From: Lama glama
Lineage: Eukaryota
NCBI GenBank assembly: GCA_028534125.1
Contig: CM052817.1
Span: 101,248,001-101,312,000 of the forward strand
Reading direction: 5' to 3'
DNA length: 64,000 bases
Of this stretch, positions 60,196-64,000 are shown in pieces. The translations under genes and the position numbers were made by a program. The notes under the pieces were generated by a model that was not told the origin of the DNA, searched no databases, and worked only from the letters and a program-made list of their open reading frames with translations. The first letter of the stretch is position 1. Every line of letters starts with the position of its first letter.

Positions 60196-61704
60196 TGGAT
60201 CACCTTTGCTGCAACACTGCCTGTCTGGGAAGGACTATCCTGACACATGACACCCAGTCAATATGCCTGTGACTTGGAAGCAGGCAACTCTGTCCCCAGG
60301 AGTGATTTTTGAGAGGTTCCACTGATGTCTTATTTATTTTTGTGTCATCAGTGCCTGTTACACCACCTGGCACATAATTATTTGTGAAATGTTTAATATT
60401 AAGTGGTAACCCCAAGGCCAGGCCAGTTCTGGTGTGAGTTCTCGGGCTGTAACTGTGTCAGCTGGTGCCCTGGTTAATCTGTTTTTATCCATATAACCCC
60501 ACTAGGTTAAGGCCAACTTGGACTATCTCTTTTCTTAAGGACACTTGAAGGGCAGGTCATTTCTGTTTCTTCACTATTATTTTCAAACAGTTCTGTGTGG
60601 TCTAGGACCTCCCCAAAGCCTGGGGAGGGGTTTCTCCCCAGGACCTCTGCCAGTGGAGGGGAAGGAACCTCCTGGGGTCCAACCCAAACCACTTACCCAA
60701 ACTGATCACAATGAGTCTGGACTGGCGGGAAGAGGCTGGTTCTGAGGGGTCACGCCCAGCATGCTGACCAGTGAAATACAGCATAACAGTATCTCTTCTC
60801 CAATCACTCAGACCTGAATTGAAGTCTGGAAGTAACTGTTCCTTACCATCTTCTTTCAGAAGACCATTTGGGCACAATTTTCATAGAGATCTTTGAAAGC
60901 AAAGAGAGGGAAAAAAACAAATCTAAATGACGCTTGCATTAGGCAGACTTTATAGGTTCCTGATTTCGGGCGGTCTCTTCCTAGCTGATTATATTCATCT
61001 CTCACTGAAGTGAGATGAATTCTCATGTCACCTCTCTGATCAACTGGCTTTGTTCCACTGCAGAATTGTCTGGTAGCTGTCGCTGCTCTTGCCCATCCTT
61101 GAAGGGCATCGTGGCCCATTGAAAGGGGAACTCTGCCAGTCACAAAGCCTGAAGTCACCTCTACTGCATAGTGGCTGCTCCACTCTGGGCTGGTCCTATA
61201 ACCTCAGTTTCCACTAAAATAATAATACCATCTGCTCTGTCTCTGGGTTTGCTTTGCTTTGTATTATGAAGGTGCTTTCTACATTCTAAACCACCAAGCA
61301 GATGTGAAGAATTGCCTTTCCCTAATGGTGTCTCATCCGGCTCTCCTCCAGTTCTGAGATGCGCGTTTACCCATACATCATGTTATGTCACTCATCCATT
61401 TGTAGAAGGCCTTCCATCATTCCTCATCTACTTATTATGTGACAGGCACTGCATAGGGACTGAGGAGTTCGAGGTAAAACATGGAGCTGTCAATCCTTTT
61501 CAGCAAGAATTCTGGAAGCATATGGTGATGACACCCAATCCAGACAGGCGTGGGAGGGTCTGGGATTGGAGGCGTCGCAGAGAATCCTTCCTAGAGTGCC
61601 TGGTGTCTTTACTGAGTTCTGGACGATTTGAAGGAGTTAATCGGGAAGGAGTCCGGAGAGGATGAGCATTCCTCTCAGGACAAATGGCATGTGAGCCTAG
61701 AGAA

Positions 61705-61942
61705 CAGTGTTTCTCAAAGTGGGTGCTCTTGGCAATATACGGGACACGTATTTGCATGAGACTCTCCCATGCATTGGAGGAAGGCTGGCTGGCATCCCTC
61801 TCTCCAGGCACTAAGTGTCTCCGCCCACAGCCTGCAAACAGACCATCAATGTGACAGCCAGAAATGCCCCTTCTCATTTCTAAATGCATACCCTCCCACT
61901 CCATCAAGGGGGTTCATGCCCTTTCCTGGTTGAGAACCAATG
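61705..61942 (-). mobile_element. MER20-family hAT fossil (inside an L2)
   Basis: TIR-like cagtgtttctcaa...ttgagaaccaatg; 'gcatccct', 'tgtgacagccagaaatgcccc'. Confidence 0.65.
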
Positions 61943-62280
61943 CTCAAAAATGCATGGGAACATGACTGAGGAACCAAAGTGTGAATGGGGAGGACAGAAA
62001 GTGGGAAAAAAATGAAGAAGGCAGAGGCCAGGTCATAAATGGCCTTATATGATGTCCTAAGGAGTTTATTTTCTAGGAGAAATGCCTGTGACTGGGGATA
62101 GATAGGCCGTATATAAAGGGCTCGGAGTGAACCTGGCACATAATACATGGTCAGTAATTTCAGATTTCCCTGTCTCCCAGGATCCTGCCAAACCCACTTT
62201 AGTTAGCACATATCTAGTTCTTATGCACATGTCCTTTCTGTATACTTCCCCAGCATGCATCGTAGTCAAACTGGATGATG

Positions 62281-62356
62281 ACAGTTAATCCCTCATGTTT
62301 ATTCTCTGGAAGGGAAACACAATTAATCCCTCATGTTTATTTTCTGGAAGGGAGGG
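62281..62356. repeat. 38-bp tandem duplication
   Basis: aca(g/a)ttaatccctcatgtttatt(c/t)tctggaaggga, two copies. Confidence 0.85.
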
Positions 62357-63051
62357 ACAGAACAACTCCTAGAAGTCAGCTCCAAGATTGTACGGGGAAC
62401 CAGTCCCAAGGATCTTGGGCTCTTTGCTCTTGTGGCCCCAGTCTGGCTTCGTGAGGTTTCAATACAAGCAAACTCCAACTCAGAAAGAAACTGAGCCATT
62501 CTATACCAACAGCCACTACCACCAGTCAAGGCACTTACCACTTCTAGTTGCAATTGCCTGCTTACTAATCCCTCTCCCACGCTCGACCGTGATCTTCCTG
62601 AGGGCTGAGAAACCATTAGATTCTTCTCTGTGTCCTCAGGGCCTACTGCGTGCCTGGCTCACGCTAGACATTCAGTACGTGTCCATTGGAATGAATGACT
62701 GAGTGAGTAGGGGAACATCCTCCAACTCCAAGCCCAGCAACAAGACTGAGGGTCCCTCCCACTTCTCTGCCATCTTCGTGAGAAAAGAGACTTGCTCCAG
62801 TTGTATGCCCCAGAGTTTGAGTTGAGTTGGGGACCAGCAGGAGAGAGATCAGGAGAGAGACGTGCTGGGGAGTGACCAGCTTTCGATGAATTTGGCAATG
62901 GGATGGGCTCAGAAACACAAATGAGAAGAAGCAGTGACTCCTGTCATAGCAAGTCAGTCACCTTTGTGCTGGCCTGTTTTAGGAAGAGGACATTGTAAAG
63001 TCGAGTGGGGTTTGCCTGACTGTGTTTCTAATTAAATTGTAAATTTCTAAA

Positions 63052-63570
63052 ACAGAACGCATGTCCACACAAACAGCACGTACATGAAGTTTATAGCAGC
63101 ATTATTCAGAATAGCCCAAAAGTGGAAACAACCCAAATGTCCATCAATTGACAGACGGATAAACACAATGTGTTAGATCTATACAATGGAATATTTTTCA
63201 ACCATATAACAGAATGAAGTACTGACACATGCTACAACAGGGATGAACCTTGACAATGTTACACTAAGTGAAATAAGCTAGACACCTAAGACGACGTAGT
63301 ATATGATTCCATTCACGTAACAGCCTAGAATAGGAAGTCTATAAAGACAGAAAATAGATTAGTGCTTACTTAGGACTGTGGGGGATAGGAAAGTAGGGGG
63401 GATACCTAAAGAATACAGCTTTTTGAGGTGATGACAATGTTCTGAAATGGACTGTGGTGATGGTTGCCCACATCTGTGAATATACTAAAAGCTATTAAAT
63501 TGTACACTTTAAATGGGTGAATTGTATGGTATGTGAATTCTCTCTCAATAAAGCTGTTAAAAAACAAAGC
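63052..63570 (+). mobile_element. L1MB-like 3' UTR
   Basis: 'tttatagcagcattattc...gtggaaacaacccaaatgtccatcaa...ggatgaaccttga...ctcaataaagctgtt'. Confidence 0.88.
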
Positions 63571-63842
63571 AAAACTTCTAAAGCAGAGTGTTAACCTGGG
63601 CTTTGGAGAACTGTGTACCACCTGGAACAGCATGCCAGAACCGGCATGTCTGCATTTCCTGGGTCTGTCCATTTCACTTAATTCTCTTGGACCTCCCTCC
63701 CCTCGGCAGAGCTGAGCGCTCCTTCACAGGGCTGACTGCAACGACTATGCAGTAAGAATGTGATGAATATTAATGTAATCAAATATGCAAATTCAGTCTT
63801 ATTTAAATAAAAATGATTAGTGTCCACTTTTTTAAAGGAGTC

Positions 63843-63993
63843 TTTTTTTTTTTACTTTTTAAAAAAATTGTTGGTAGTGGGGAGGTAATTAGGTGTATTT
63901 ATTCATTTATTTAATGGAGGTACTGTGGATTGAACCCCAGGACCTTGTGCATGCTAGGCACACACTCTACCACTGAGCTATACCCTCCCCCCC
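63843..63993 (-). mobile_element. vic-1-type SINE
   Basis: 'atggaggtactgtggattgaacccc...ctctaccactgagctataccctcccc'. Confidence 0.9.
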
Positions 63994-64000
63994 ACCATGT

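Noticed and set aside
1..64000. Prokaryotic-type systems (CRISPR arrays, operons, defence islands)
   Set aside because: The sequence is mammalian and repeat-rich, with no regularly spaced repeat-spacer array or gene-dense ORF structure

Overview
Mammalian genomic DNA, most likely camelid (camel/alpaca lineage). That call rests on 14 copies of a tRNA-Ala-derived vic-1-type SINE and many cetartiodactyl-type L1 3' ends. There are two 500-N scaffold gaps (15818-16317, 52343-52842). I recognise no host protein-coding exon: the only convincing ORF is the N-terminal half of LINE-1 ORF1p, in a TSD-bounded, probably full-length young L1 collapsed around the second gap. Much of the window is interspersed repeat (L1, L2, MIR, MLT1/MER21/ERV1 LTRs, MER20/MER58/MER103 hAT fossils). 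The unique sequence has four CpG-rich promoter-like segments (about 14.3, 20.0, 31.6 and 57.6 kb), each followed by a + strand splice donor. This suggests the multi-promoter 5' end and long first introns of a large + strand gene, possibly with a divergent - strand lncRNA upstream. I cannot name the gene reliably. I found no evidence of a wholly new biological system. The best leads are the multi-promoter architecture, a candidate 21-nt microexon, a hairpin made of two back-to-back perfect splice donors, a templated inverted duplication inside an old L1, and several regulatory motif clusters. Repeat subfamily names and boundaries are by eye and approximate.
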